Assembly (NCBI GenBank): GCA_965207735.1
Contig: OZ242296.1
Location: 5,056,001 to 5,120,000 of the forward strand
Origin: Candidatus Versatilivorator sp.
GTDB lineage: Bacteria > Acidobacteriota > Terriglobia > Versatilivoradales > Versatilivoraceae
Direction: 5' to 3'
Length of the DNA stretch: 64,000 nucleotides
Position numbers and translations under genes: made by a program. Under the pieces are notes generated by a model. The model saw nothing but the letters and a program-made list of their open reading frames with translations, had not been told where the DNA came from and did no database searches. Of this stretch, positions 1 through 10,015 are shown in pieces; the first letter of the stretch is position 1; every line of letters starts with the position of its first letter.

Positions 1-250
1 GCCTTGAGAACTCAGGCTCACTTGATATTCCTCGCTGGCTGGTTCCTGGCGGGATTGATGTCTCAAGCAGGACTCATGCTTGTGCTCTTGTTCATCGGCT
101 TGATAGTCATATCTTACAGCGAACTTGTCAACTTGCCTTGAAGCCAGCAAAGTCCTCTTTGGTCGCCCGCTACGCAATGACTGGAATTCGCGCTTTGTGG
201 GTGGCCTGGATGCCGGGTCTGTGCTCCTGCGGGTTTCGTACTTTCGCCCC

Positions 251-1459
251 TTACCGAAGTGCAGAATCCAAGACATCCTTTACAAAACAAACAGCCTGGG
301 AAATTTCGTCATCTGTGGTGAAGCGGCCAAAGCTAAAGCGCACAGAAGCATCTGCTTGTTCTCCATTGAGTCCGATAGATCGCAGCACGTGAGACGGTTC
401 GGGAATGCCGGAGGTACATGCTGACCCTGTAGAAGCTGCGAGCTGCGGCTGAAGTGAGTTAAGTATGTCCTTAGCGCTAAAACCATCGAATTGCAGATTC
501 GCGTTCCCGGGATGGCGCATCTCTCCGACCGGTCCGTTGAGCGTAACAGGAACAGCCCCATCCGTTAGCAAGCGCACAAAGCAATCTCGTTGGCCCGCGA
601 CCCTCTCGCGTTCCGCTTGCAGTTCAGGACCGTGCAACATCTTAGCAGCGGCACCCATTCCGACGGCTAAAGCCAGCGGAACGGTGCCCGAACGCAACCC
701 CTCCTGTTGCCCGCCACCGTAGATCAACGGCTCGATCCGACTCAGGGCATCTCGACGAACGTAAAGGGCACCAATGCCTTGCGGACCGTACATCTTGTGG
801 GCCGATAAGCTCACAAGGTCTGCAAAGGTAGCGAGCTCACTCAAGTCCATCGCACAGGGGGCTTGAGCGGCGTCACAATGGAACAGGACACCATAGTGCG
901 CCAACAAGACAGAAATGGCAGGGATATCCTGAATCGTGCCGATTTCGTTGTTGACTGCCATTATTGATACCGCAAGGACCGAATCGTCAAGCTCCGCCCT
1001 GAGAAGGTTCAAGTCAACGAACCCATCATGGTCAACGGGGATTGTATCTATACTGATGCCATAGCGCTTGCCAATCACACTTGCCGCTGCGAGCACACAC
1101 TTGTGTTCAATTGTGCTGACTAGAATTCGACGACGAGACGGCGGAGCTTTGTGCGCCAAACCTAGAAGCGCAAAGTTGTTGGCCTCAGTCGCACCAGATG
1201 TGAAGACTATCTCATCCGGGTCAGCTCCGACGAGGGTTGCAACAGCGTCAGCCGCTTCTTGAACCGCTTTAGCCGCGCTCCAACCCACCGCGTGGTCGAC
1301 AGAGTGCGGGTTACCAAACGCTTCCTCCCAATAGGGCATCATGCGTTTCACGACTCTCGGATCCACCGGAGTCGTAGCTTGGTAGTCCGCATATACTTTT
1401 GCTGTAAGCCCTCTTTCCAAAAAACAGCCCCACTTTCCATAGACATTAGCTGTCCGCAA
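251..1459 (-). CDS. sspA: Cysteine desulfurase (IscS/DndA/SspA type), probable sulfur donor of the phosphorothioation locus
   Basis: Motifs YADYQATTP, TSGATEANN, PLP-lysine SAHK and catalytic STGSAC. TTG start preceded by AGGAGG at 7 nt. Divergent from the DUF4007-ATPase-PAPS reductase genes; the symbol comes from this context. Confidence 0.9.
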   Translation of the reverse strand: MRTANVYGKWGCFLERGLTAKVYADYQATTPVDPRVVKRMMPYWEEAFGNPHSVDHAVGWSAAKAVQEAADAVATLVGADPDEIVFTSGATEANNFALLGLAHKAPPSRRRILVSTIEHKCVLAAASVIGKRYGISIDTIPVDHDGFVDLNLLRAELDDSVLAVSIMAVNNEIGTIQDIPAISVLLAHYGVLFHCDAAQAPCAMDLSELATFADLVSLSAHKMYGPQGIGALYVRRDALSRIEPLIYGGGQQEGLRSGTVPLALAVGMGAAAKMLHGPELQAERERVAGQRDCFVRLLTDGAVPVTLNGPVGEMRHPGNANLQFDGFSAKDILNSLQPQLAASTGSACTSGIPEPSHVLRSIGLNGEQADASVRFSFGRFTTDDEISQAVCFVKDVLDSALR

Positions 1460-1463
1460 AGTG

Positions 1464-1501
1464 TAACCTCCTACTGGATGGATCGTCCAGTAGGAGAGTT
1501 A
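1464..1501. promoter_or_regulatory. Palindrome carrying the Shine-Dalgarno sequences of both divergent genes
   Basis: CTCCTACTGGA (1468-1478) and TCCAGTAGGAG (1486-1496) form a perfect 11-bp inverted repeat in a 44-bp intergenic gap. Each arm supplies AGGAG upstream of a TTG start. Confidence 0.7.
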
Positions 1502-1503
1502 AC

Positions 1504-2469
1504 TTGCCGCGGGGGCCGCTGTACCAAGACGGTTACCGACCGCAGTTTGCGGGACATGAGACCTTTCCGCTCAGATATGGGTGGCTGAAGAAGGCATTCG
1601 ACGCAGTACAAGCCACTGAGAGCGGTGACGACAACAAGAGTGTCTTCACCGGTGCCGACGCAATCGCAAAATTTGGCGTTGGCAAGAACATGGTGGCGTC
1701 AATGCGTCATTGGGCAATAGCCTCCGGGGTTCTAAGCGAGCCGGACGGTCGGCAGCGCATTGAAACGACATCTCTAGGCCGTCTTTTTTTTGGCAACGAC
1801 GGCATCGACCCATACATGGAGTCCCCTGATACGTCGTGGGTGATTCACTGGCAACTGAGTTCGCATGCGACTAAGACTACGTGGTTTTGGGCGTTCAACC
1901 ACTACCCTGCCTTGTCCTTCGAGCGCGACATGTTGGCACGCGGGATTGATAGACTTGCCCGCGACCTCGATTGGAGCCGTGCTTCCCCCGCAACCATAAG
2001 ACGGGACGTATCTTGCTTCGTTCGGACATACGTTCCGCAGCCGCTATCACGTCATGTGAGCTACGAAGACGCGCTCGAGTCACCACTGACCGAACTCGGT
2101 CTAATCAAGCCGGTTGGCAGGCGCGATGGATTTAGATTCGTACGTGGTCCGAAACCCTCGCTCGGCAATTTTGTTTTCTGCTACAGCGTAGCCGATTTCT
2201 GGAACGAGCATTTCCCCAACGTTAACACCTTGTCCTTTGAGGCGCTCGCTCACGAGCCCGGCTCGCCAGGAAGAGTGTTTCTGCTAGATGAGAACGCCTT
2301 GGTGGACAGACTCAGCAGCCTAGAAGCAACGACAGACGGCGTTTTCAGGTGGTCCGAGTCGGCCGGACTCAAACAGCTTATCCGAGAGCGTGAGTTGCGC
2401 ACCGAGGAAGTATTAAATCGGCTAGCAGCTACCTTCGATAGCAATCCACACGACAAGGCTTCTGTTTAA
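1504..2469 (+). CDS. sspB: DUF4007-family protein (SspB-like)
   Basis: N-terminal FAGHETFPLRYGWLKK and GVGKNMVASMRHW, plus ESPLTELGLI, are typical of DUF4007. Precedes an ATPase and a PAPS reductase. Confidence 0.85.
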   Translation: MPRGPLYQDGYRPQFAGHETFPLRYGWLKKAFDAVQATESGDDNKSVFTGADAIAKFGVGKNMVASMRHWAIASGVLSEPDGRQRIETTSLGRLFFGNDGIDPYMESPDTSWVIHWQLSSHATKTTWFWAFNHYPALSFERDMLARGIDRLARDLDWSRASPATIRRDVSCFVRTYVPQPLSRHVSYEDALESPLTELGLIKPVGRRDGFRFVRGPKPSLGNFVFCYSVADFWNEHFPNVNTLSFEALAHEPGSPGRVFLLDENALVDRLSSLEATTDGVFRWSESAGLKQLIRERELRTEEVLNRLAATFDSNPHDKASV

Positions 2470-5400
2470 TGTCCCTCACTGACCGAGTTCACATTGCCCG
2501 GCGATTCCAAAGGTCCATTCGCATCGACACGGACCTTAAGGAACGAGCAGCGATAGAGGGATTCGTCTGCCCTCAGTCTTCGGCCGTTCTGCTGGAGACG
2601 ATGGCCCATCACATTTCGCAATCGGGTCAAGGAGCTTTCACTTGGACGGGGCCTTACGGCAGCGGGAAGTCGAGTCTGGTAGTCGCGCTCAGTGCGGCAC
2701 TCAGTGGGAATACTCAGGTAAGGCGCCTCGCGGCACAGATTCTTGGTGAACAAACGGCAGAAGAGGTTTGGAAGGCGCTTCCACCTGGTGAAAAAGGCTG
2801 GTGTATTCTTCCCATCGTCGGGCGGCGGGAGCAACCTGCACAGGTAGTCGGCGAGGCCATCTGCAAGCAGAGGTATGTCCGAAACGGCTCAATGGGGCTC
2901 TGGACCGATCAGGTTGTGTTTGACGCTCTGACCAGAATTTCCAAACGTGCACCAAAACAGGGCGGTGGGCTCATCGTCTTCATCGATGAGATGGGAAAAT
3001 TCTTGGAGGGTGCAGCCTACGACGGAACGGACATCTACTTTTTCCAGCAACTCGCTGAGCTAGCTTCGCGTAGCAACGGACGCCTCATAGTGGTAGGCAT
3101 ACTGCACCAAGCGTTCGAAGAATATGCCCATCGCCTATCTCGGGAGATGCGCGATGAATGGGCCAAGATTCAAGGGCGGTTCATAGACCTGGCCGTCAAC
3201 ACTGGCTGGGAGGAACAACTTGATCTGTTGGGTCGCGCGATCGAGAGTGATCAAAAACCATCGCCTGCCTCCAACGGAATTGTGGAGCGTGTGGCTCGAC
3301 TGACTCGCCCACATGTAGATGCGAGGCTCCTAGCATCATGCTGGCCGCTACATCCAATTGTGGCTTGCTTGCTTGGCCCAATCTCACGCAGACGGTTTGG
3401 CCAAAACCAGCGAAGCATCTTCGGATTCTTGAACTCAACAGAGCCGCAGGGTTTCCGGGACTTCTTGCAAACAGCCGACGACGACAGTCTATATACGCCA
3501 GACAGACTTTGGGACTACCTGAAATTCAACCTCGAACCGTCGATCATGGCCTCGCCTGACGGCCATCGCTGGGCAATGGCCGTGGACGCACTCGACCGAT
3601 GCCAGGGGGCAGGAGGAGACGAATTCCATCTACGAATTCTGAAGACCATCGCACTTGTTGAGCTGTTCAAAGAGCGTTCCGGTCTAACATCAAGTCTGGA
3701 ACTACTCAGCCTTGTCCTGCCCAGTCAGAACACACTCAGCGTTGAAGAAGCAGTCAGCAAACTGGAGGAGTGGTCATTAGTCCTTCACCGTAAGTTCTCC
3801 AACTCCTACGGCGTCTTCGAGGGCAGTGACTTCGACATAGAACGGGCAATTGATCAAGCCTACGAGGGCGTCGGCGAGTTGGATTGGGGTCGGCTCACGC
3901 AGCTTGCCGGACTCCAACCAGTGATTGCTAAACGGCACTACCACAAGACTGGCGCGATCAGATGGTGCGATACGGCACTCGTCGCGCTTAGCGAACTCGA
4001 CAGGACGGTCACCGAATATGTCCCTAGCAACGGCGCGATAGGGGCATTTTTCCTAGCTTTACCAATCCAGGGAGACGCCCCGGATATGGTCGAGAGAATC
4101 GTCAAACGCGCCTCGTCTATCTCAACGGAATGGGAAGTCGTTGTGGGCGTACCTGAGCGTACCGGCTGGTCAATTACAAGTCTGGCGCGAGATCTGATGG
4201 CATTGGAAAAAGTCAGGGACGGCACACCGGAATTGCAGGGCGACCGGATTGCCCGTCGCGAAGTTCAGGCCCGGATTGCGGATTTGCAGGGTTATATAGA
4301 GAGTGAACTCGGCCGAGCATTAGACCAGGCATGGTGGCATCGAAGACAAGGAAGAGCGCAGCGTCTCGACAGTGTCGAACTGAATAGTTTGGCATCGGAC
4401 TTGGCCAATACCAGATTCCCTCACGCTCCGCACATCCACAACGAGTTGTTAAACCGCATGAAGCCTTCGACTAATGCAGTTGCAGCACGCAATGCGCTAC
4501 TGAAACATATGGCGCTCCATGAAGGGGAGAAGCGGCTTGGGATCAAGGGGTATCCACCCGAAGGGGGCCTGTTCGACTCACTGCTGCTTGCGACTGGTCT
4601 TTACGCTGAGACAGCGGGAGAATGGCGAATCGTCGATCCAAATTTCGCTGGCATGGATCCGAGCGGGCTGTCTCCAGCATGGCAAGCAGCTACGGATTAC
4701 CTGAAGCATAATTCCCACATAGCTGTCCCGGTGTCCGACATATACGATATCTGGAGGAAAGCGCCTTTCGGGATTAGAGAGGGTCTGCTGCCCTTGCTCG
4801 CTGTTGCATTCCTTCAGTCTCGTCGGGGAGACCTCGCCCTCTATCGGGAAGGTGTTTTTCAACCACGACTGACCGAGCTCGATGCGGAATACCTGACCAA
4901 CGACCCCTCCGACGTCCAGCTTCGATGGATGGAGATGTCGGGCATCTCTCGTCAACTTCTTTCTGACTTGGCTGAGATAGTACGGCACATGGATCCAACA
5001 AATGCTCTGAGCCATCTTGAACCCATTGACGTGGCTCGCGGTTTGGTCTCGATATACGACCGTCTCCCTGTCTGGGTCGGACGCACTCAACGTCTGTCGA
5101 ACGAAGCGAAACGAGTCAGGCAGCTATTCAAGCGAGCCAGTGACCCCAACAGGTTCATTTTTGACGACATCCCTCACCTCGTGTTGGGTCAAAAAGAGGA
5201 TTCAACGGTTGTTCCTGACGTAGCCGTCATGGTCAGGCAGGGTCTAACTGAACTTTCGGATGCGTACCCCAACATGTTGCGCCGGTTGAGGGAAACTCTG
5301 CTCGTAGAGCTAGGCGTTCCGAGCACGTCACCGTCGATGTTGGCAGAACTTCGCGCCAGAGCGGAGAATATTCGGCAGTTGAGCGGTAACCACAGACTTG

Positions 5401-5837
5401 AAGCGTTTATCCTGCGAATGTCGCAATACCAAGGAACTGACTCGGATATGGAGTCGCTTGCAAGCATGGCCGTAAACAAGCCTCCTCGACAGTGGACGGA
5501 CGCTGACATCGACCGCGCAGCCGTTGAGTTAGCAGACATGGCGCGCGACTTCACCAGACATGAGGCCTATGCACATGTCAAGGGAAGGCCGGACCATCGC
5601 CTTGCGATGGCTGTCGTGGTTGGGCTGGACGGCGAGCCGATTCACGACGATTTTGAGGTTACCGAGCGAGAGCAATCGCAGGTAGACGTCATCATCCAGC
5701 GGATGAGGCAAAGCTTGAGCGAAAGTGGCGAATCCGAACAAAACGTCATCTTGGCTGCACTCGCCAGAATTACAGCCGAGTACCTGGGATCTAGGGGAGA
5801 ATCAAGCGTCTCGGGGTCGAAAGAGGAGGCTTCGTGA
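2469..5837 (+). CDS. sspC: Large P-loop ATPase (SspC/BrxC-like)
   Basis: 1122 aa. RFQRSIRI start, Walker A GPYGSGKS, Walker B IVFIDEMGK, and FGQNQRSIFGFL. TAATG overlap with the upstream gene. Confidence 0.85.
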   Translation: MSLTDRVHIARRFQRSIRIDTDLKERAAIEGFVCPQSSAVLLETMAHHISQSGQGAFTWTGPYGSGKSSLVVALSAALSGNTQVRRLAAQILGEQTAEEVWKALPPGEKGWCILPIVGRREQPAQVVGEAICKQRYVRNGSMGLWTDQVVFDALTRISKRAPKQGGGLIVFIDEMGKFLEGAAYDGTDIYFFQQLAELASRSNGRLIVVGILHQAFEEYAHRLSREMRDEWAKIQGRFIDLAVNTGWEEQLDLLGRAIESDQKPSPASNGIVERVARLTRPHVDARLLASCWPLHPIVACLLGPISRRRFGQNQRSIFGFLNSTEPQGFRDFLQTADDDSLYTPDRLWDYLKFNLEPSIMASPDGHRWAMAVDALDRCQGAGGDEFHLRILKTIALVELFKERSGLTSSLELLSLVLPSQNTLSVEEAVSKLEEWSLVLHRKFSNSYGVFEGSDFDIERAIDQAYEGVGELDWGRLTQLAGLQPVIAKRHYHKTGAIRWCDTALVALSELDRTVTEYVPSNGAIGAFFLALPIQGDAPDMVERIVKRASSISTEWEVVVGVPERTGWSITSLARDLMALEKVRDGTPELQGDRIARREVQARIADLQGYIESELGRALDQAWWHRRQGRAQRLDSVELNSLASDLANTRFPHAPHIHNELLNRMKPSTNAVAARNALLKHMALHEGEKRLGIKGYPPEGGLFDSLLLATGLYAETAGEWRIVDPNFAGMDPSGLSPAWQAATDYLKHNSHIAVPVSDIYDIWRKAPFGIREGLLPLLAVAFLQSRRGDLALYREGVFQPRLTELDAEYLTNDPSDVQLRWMEMSGISRQLLSDLAEIVRHMDPTNALSHLEPIDVARGLVSIYDRLPVWVGRTQRLSNEAKRVRQLFKRASDPNRFIFDDIPHLVLGQKEDSTVVPDVAVMVRQGLTELSDAYPNMLRRLRETLLVELGVPSTSPSMLAELRARAENIRQLSGNHRLEAFILRMSQYQGTDSDMESLASMAVNKPPRQWTDADIDRAAVELADMARDFTRHEAYAHVKGRPDHRLAMAVVVGLDGEPIHDDFEVTEREQSQVDVIIQRMRQSLSESGESEQNVILAALARITAEYLGSRGESSVSGSKEEAS

Positions 5838-6676
5838 TGTCTTCCGGCTCTAAACACCACGTTCTAGGACTGTCAGGGGGACGCGACAGCGCTGCACTGG
5901 CAATCTACATGCGAGAGATCCATCCTGACCTGGAGGTGAAATATTTTTTCACTGACACCGGCAAAGAGTTGCCGGAGGTATACGAGTTTTTGGTCAAGCT
6001 AGAAGGCTTCCTGGGTAAGCCTATCCTTCGATTGAACCCAGACCGGGACTTCGACTTCTGGTTAAAGCAATACAACAACTTTCTGCCTTCGGCTCAGACG
6101 CGGTGGTGTACGAGGCAATTGAAGCTGAGACCATTTGAGAAGTGGGTGCGCCCAATGCTCGAAGCGGGAGACACCGTCTACAGCTACGTAGCCATCCGTG
6201 CTGACGAAGAGTACCGGGAGGGGTATTCTTCCAAACACGACCTACTAATAGTCAAACTTCCGCTGAAGGATGCTGGAATTGACAAGTCCGGTGTTATGGA
6301 GATATTGGAAGGCACGGGGATCGGCCTGCCGGAATATTACGAGTGGCGCACACGTAGCGGTTGTACATTCTGCTTCTTCCAACAAAAGATCGAGTGGGTG
6401 CGCTTAATGGACCGACACCCTGGATACTTCGAGGAGGCCAAGAAGTACGAGAAGAACGCGCTCGAACACGGTTCTCCCTTCACCTGGAGCCAGGGGGAGT
6501 CACTCGATGCGTTATCGAGGCCAGAGCGCATTGCACAGATCAGGAAAGACCACGAGGATCGTTTAAAGCGGATGCGAATCAAGAGACAGGTCAACCCCCT
6601 CCGCCCAGATGCCGAACCACTAGATATTGACGACCTGTACGGTCAGGCCAAGGTCTGTCTTGCCTGCCACAAGTGA
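5834..6676 (+). CDS. sspD: PAPS-reductase-family PP-loop protein (SspD/DndC-like)
   Basis: PP-loop LSGGRDS, RWCT, RSGCTFCFFQ and C-terminal CLACHK. GTGA overlap with the ATPase stop codon. Confidence 0.88.
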   Translation: MMSSGSKHHVLGLSGGRDSAALAIYMREIHPDLEVKYFFTDTGKELPEVYEFLVKLEGFLGKPILRLNPDRDFDFWLKQYNNFLPSAQTRWCTRQLKLRPFEKWVRPMLEAGDTVYSYVAIRADEEYREGYSSKHDLLIVKLPLKDAGIDKSGVMEILEGTGIGLPEYYEWRTRSGCTFCFFQQKIEWVRLMDRHPGYFEEAKKYEKNALEHGSPFTWSQGESLDALSRPERIAQIRKDHEDRLKRMRIKRQVNPLRPDAEPLDIDDLYGQAKVCLACHK

Positions 6677-6924
6677 AGGGATTTCCGATAGCTAGTGGGG
6701 ATACCGTCCAAACTGCAATGTCGAACGCTAAACCGTCTCGCCTCAAGGTTGCCCTTGCGGATGCAAATCCTCTTTACATCCTTCCGAAGGAACCAATAGC
6801 CGCGCAGGTACTCATCCCCGCGTTGATGACCACGGCATCTTTGGACGTAATGATGGGATACTTCTCCAGCTCGTCCTTTGCTGAAATCGCCCCCGGTCTA
6901 GCGACATTCCTGCGGAACACTAAG
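6673..6924 (+). pseudogene. Fragment 1 (N-terminus) of an IS-interrupted PLD nuclease / SF2 helicase (PbeA-like)
   Basis: Contains MMGYFSSSS, typical of the PLD-domain N-terminus. Ends at target duplication ACTAAG and joins fragment 2 in frame (RNTK|APLRM). Confidence 0.85.
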
Positions 6925-8853
6925 CCGAAGTTCCTGACCCACCGACAAGATAACTCCTTTATCTTCAATCATCAATCAGGAATCTCAGGTTGTCTTGCCT
7001 GGGAACATCCTGATGAGCTCGAAGGCCCTTTGCTGTAGCGGGGTCGGCTCGGTCAATCGCTGGACTCGCGGACCATCGGGTTCGGAGGGCAATCGGCACT
7101 GGTGGCGGGCCCGCGTCGCCATCTGCGCCATCAACGTCTCCAGGCTCTGCAGCGGCAAGCCGTCCTCGGTGAGGCGTTTGCTCTTCTTCCGTTTGGCGGA
7201 GTCCGACGGCTGGGCCGCCAGCACCGGGTCTCGCCGTGCCCGTTCCGCTTCCAACTCCTCGTCATCGAACAGCAACGGAGCCAGGGCCAGCCGCAGATGC
7301 CACTGAACGTAATAGGCCAGCAGGCACAGGAACAGATGAGCCCGCACCCGGCTCTCCACCCGATGACGGATGGGGCGGATGTGCAGGTCGACGGTCTTGA
7401 GGGAGCGGAAGGCCCGCTCCACCCGCGTCAGGTCCTTGTAGCGGCGCACCACCGCGGCTGTTGGCAGGCGATCGGCTGGCTCGCTGGTCCTCAGCATGTA
7501 GAACCCGTCCAGTTGCGCCTCCCGGATGATGGCGTCGGTGCGCCGTTCATAGTGGAAGGACCCGTCTGCGATCTGGGTCCGGAAGTGTTTGGCCACCTGG
7601 AAGCGGTTCTTGACCCGGCCGACTTTCTCGGCGATCTCGGTCGCCGACAAGGGCGTGCGGGTCCGTCTGGCCACCTGGCGGGCGATTCCGGCCAGCGCCT
7701 CCTCGGTGGCTGTCAGCAAAGCCTCCCGCTTCCGCCGCCGATGCTCGGCCAGCAGCGGGTTGTGGCAGACGATGAGCCTCTCGCCCGGATAGTCCGGGCT
7801 GCGGACTTCGGCCAGATGACGCTCGTCGAACAGGGAGAGCTGAACCGCCTCGCTCTCCACCAGACGGCGTATCTGGTGGTGGCGCAGGGCTGAGACCCAC
7901 CCCACTCCCGGATGACGCTTCAGATGGCTGATCTGCGTCTCGGTCAGCAGCCCGCGGTCCCCCACCAGCACCACCCGCTCCAGACCAAACCGACCCCGCA
8001 CCTTCTCCACCTGATCCCCCACCGTGGTCGGATCCCCCGTGTTGCCGGCATAGGCCTGCACCGACAGCGGCCGCCCCATCTGGTCGGCCAGCACCCCGTA
8101 GACCACCATGGGCCGGTCCCGCCTGCCGTCCCGGTTGTGGCCGAACTGCATCAGCGAGCAGGTCTGGCCTTCGTAGTAACTGCTGCTGACGTCATAGAGC
8201 ACCGCATCCCCTTCCGCCAGGTGCCGCTTGGCCAGCTTGCGCTCAATCCGGTCCTGACGCTCCAGCAACCAGTCCATGGCCTCATAGAGATCGTCCTCGT
8301 CGGTGTCCTCAAGGGACAGTTCCTCACCCAACGTGGTGGTGTGCCAAAGACGGGTGGTGGCCAGCTTGGAGGCCGGATAGAGCAGACGCTGCAGGATCAT
8401 GGCCAAGACCCGGTCCCGTTGGGGAGAGGGTCGGGAATCGATCAGCGCCGGCAGCTTCAGCTGCCGCACCACTTCCAGCAGCAACTCGACGTGGCCATGA
8501 GGCAGGGAGCGTTCGATGGCGAAGAGTTGGTCGGGATGGACCAGGGGTTCGTTCTTGAGCACGCGCCGGAGGCGCTCGATCTTGTCCTTGGGCCAATGGG
8601 AGAGATTGGCCAGGGTGCGTTTATGGACCTTTTTACCCTCACGGCGGCCTTCGCGCAGGAGGATGGCAGGGGGAGAGTTGCGGTTGGGGACGGTTTCGAC
8701 GTACATGGGACTACGATATCACATACAACTATCATGTCAAGATAAATGCTAATCATATACATGGGAACAACACTCCACACGCCTCAATCCTCTTCCCCAA
8801 GAAAACAAATGGCTTAAGGCGATTTTTTGGGTGTAAAATGGGAGGAACTTCGG
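6925..8853 (-). mobile_element. IS1634-family insertion sequence
   Basis: Terminal inverted repeats CCGAAGTTCCT (6925-6935) and AGGAACTTCGG (8843-8853). 6-bp target duplication ACTAAG at 6919-6924 and 8854-8859. Confidence 0.92.
6985..8706 (-). CDS. IS1634-family DDE transposase
   Basis: 573 aa, starting MYVETVPNRNSPPAILLRE. Motifs LYDVSSSYYEG, VGDRG, YKDLTRVERAFR and RVRAHLFLCLLAY. Confidence 0.92.
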   Translation of the reverse strand: MYVETVPNRNSPPAILLREGRREGKKVHKRTLANLSHWPKDKIERLRRVLKNEPLVHPDQLFAIERSLPHGHVELLLEVVRQLKLPALIDSRPSPQRDRVLAMILQRLLYPASKLATTRLWHTTTLGEELSLEDTDEDDLYEAMDWLLERQDRIERKLAKRHLAEGDAVLYDVSSSYYEGQTCSLMQFGHNRDGRRDRPMVVYGVLADQMGRPLSVQAYAGNTGDPTTVGDQVEKVRGRFGLERVVLVGDRGLLTETQISHLKRHPGVGWVSALRHHQIRRLVESEAVQLSLFDERHLAEVRSPDYPGERLIVCHNPLLAEHRRRKREALLTATEEALAGIARQVARRTRTPLSATEIAEKVGRVKNRFQVAKHFRTQIADGSFHYERRTDAIIREAQLDGFYMLRTSEPADRLPTAAVVRRYKDLTRVERAFRSLKTVDLHIRPIRHRVESRVRAHLFLCLLAYYVQWHLRLALAPLLFDDEELEAERARRDPVLAAQPSDSAKRKKSKRLTEDGLPLQSLETLMAQMATRARHQCRLPSEPDGPRVQRLTEPTPLQQRAFELIRMFPGKTT

Positions 8854-8859
8854 ACTAAG

Positions 8860-10015
8860 GCCCCCCTACGCATGGTCGTTAGTCCGTTCCTCACGGACGA
8901 CGACTTTGATGCGTTGACACAGGACGATGATCGATTAGTTTCTCTTGCGCAGCAAATTCTAATCGATGACGTGCCAGGAGAAGATGCTATTGTCCGTCAC
9001 ACACTTGAATGCCTAGCCTACCTCATCACGCAGAAACGGCTCATTCTGAAGTTCGCGGTGATGCGGCGGGCAATGTTCCACCCTAAGGTGTGGTTATTTG
9101 AGGACAGTGTGAATCGGGTAGCCCTTCACGGTTCGACGAACCTAACGAAGACCGCTCTTTCCCGCAATTGGGAACAGCTCACCCTGTCCCGTGACTGGAA
9201 GGGCGAGGAGGCGATCTTTCATGTCGAACGACTACGACATGAGTTCGATGATCTGTGGTCAGGTGGAGATGAAGATTGCTGCGTCCTTCCGCTGCCCGAT
9301 GCCGTCACTAGAAGGGTAATTGAGAGATACAAGACGAATGGCATGCCGGATGAAGACGTCCTTGGTGCGCTCTGGAGAAAGGCCCATGGTGTGGAAGTGC
9401 CTATGGCGCTACGCGACAGGCCACGGACGGCGGCACTGAAGATCCCGCGATGCCTTGTTTACGAGACAGGAGACTTTGCCCACCAAGGCATGGCCGTTAG
9501 AGCCTGGGAGGCATCCGGCCGCAGAGGCATTCTCGAAATGGCCACCGGCGCTGGCAAAACGATCACGTCGATGATCTGCGCCACAAGGTTGCAAAATGAA
9601 ATCGGGAATCTGCTCGTCGTCGTATCTGCTCCCTACCGCCCCTTGATCGAGCAATGGTGCGAGGAAATACTCGCATTTGGTGTCCGCCCAATTAATCTCA
9701 CCGCATTTAGTGGACTGGCGGCGCGCAACAGGGAAATCAAGCAGGTAGGCCGCCGACTGTATATGGGTTATTCACGCGCCGAGGTGCTGGTTGTCAGCAA
9801 CGACACGTTGTGCACAGAGCAGTTCATTCGATCCGTCTCAGAAGTCGGAGCTAACAAACTGCTGATTGGCGACGAGTGTCACAACCTTGGTGCAGCGTCT
9901 TTTACCGCAAACCCACCGGAGGAATTCAACTACCGGCTCGGCCTTTCCGCCACACCCATCCGCCAGTATGACGAAGAAGGAACGGAAGCTCTCATCGCTT
10001 TTTTCGGTGACATTT
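8860..10015 (+). pseudogene. Fragment 2 of the PLD nuclease / SF2 helicase (HKD motif and helicase motifs I-III)
   Basis: FHPKVWLFED...GSTN (HKD-like), MATGAGKT, DECH and LSAT. Bounded by the two IS elements. Confidence 0.9.

Noticed and set aside
1-135. TTGACA on the minus strand and a possible gene start near base 21
   Set aside because: The -10 match is weak and any gene would lie outside the window.
1504-6676. Alternative call as classical BREX
   Set aside because: No PglX or PglZ gene is in the window; the desulfurase plus PAPS reductase fits Ssp-type phosphorothioation better.
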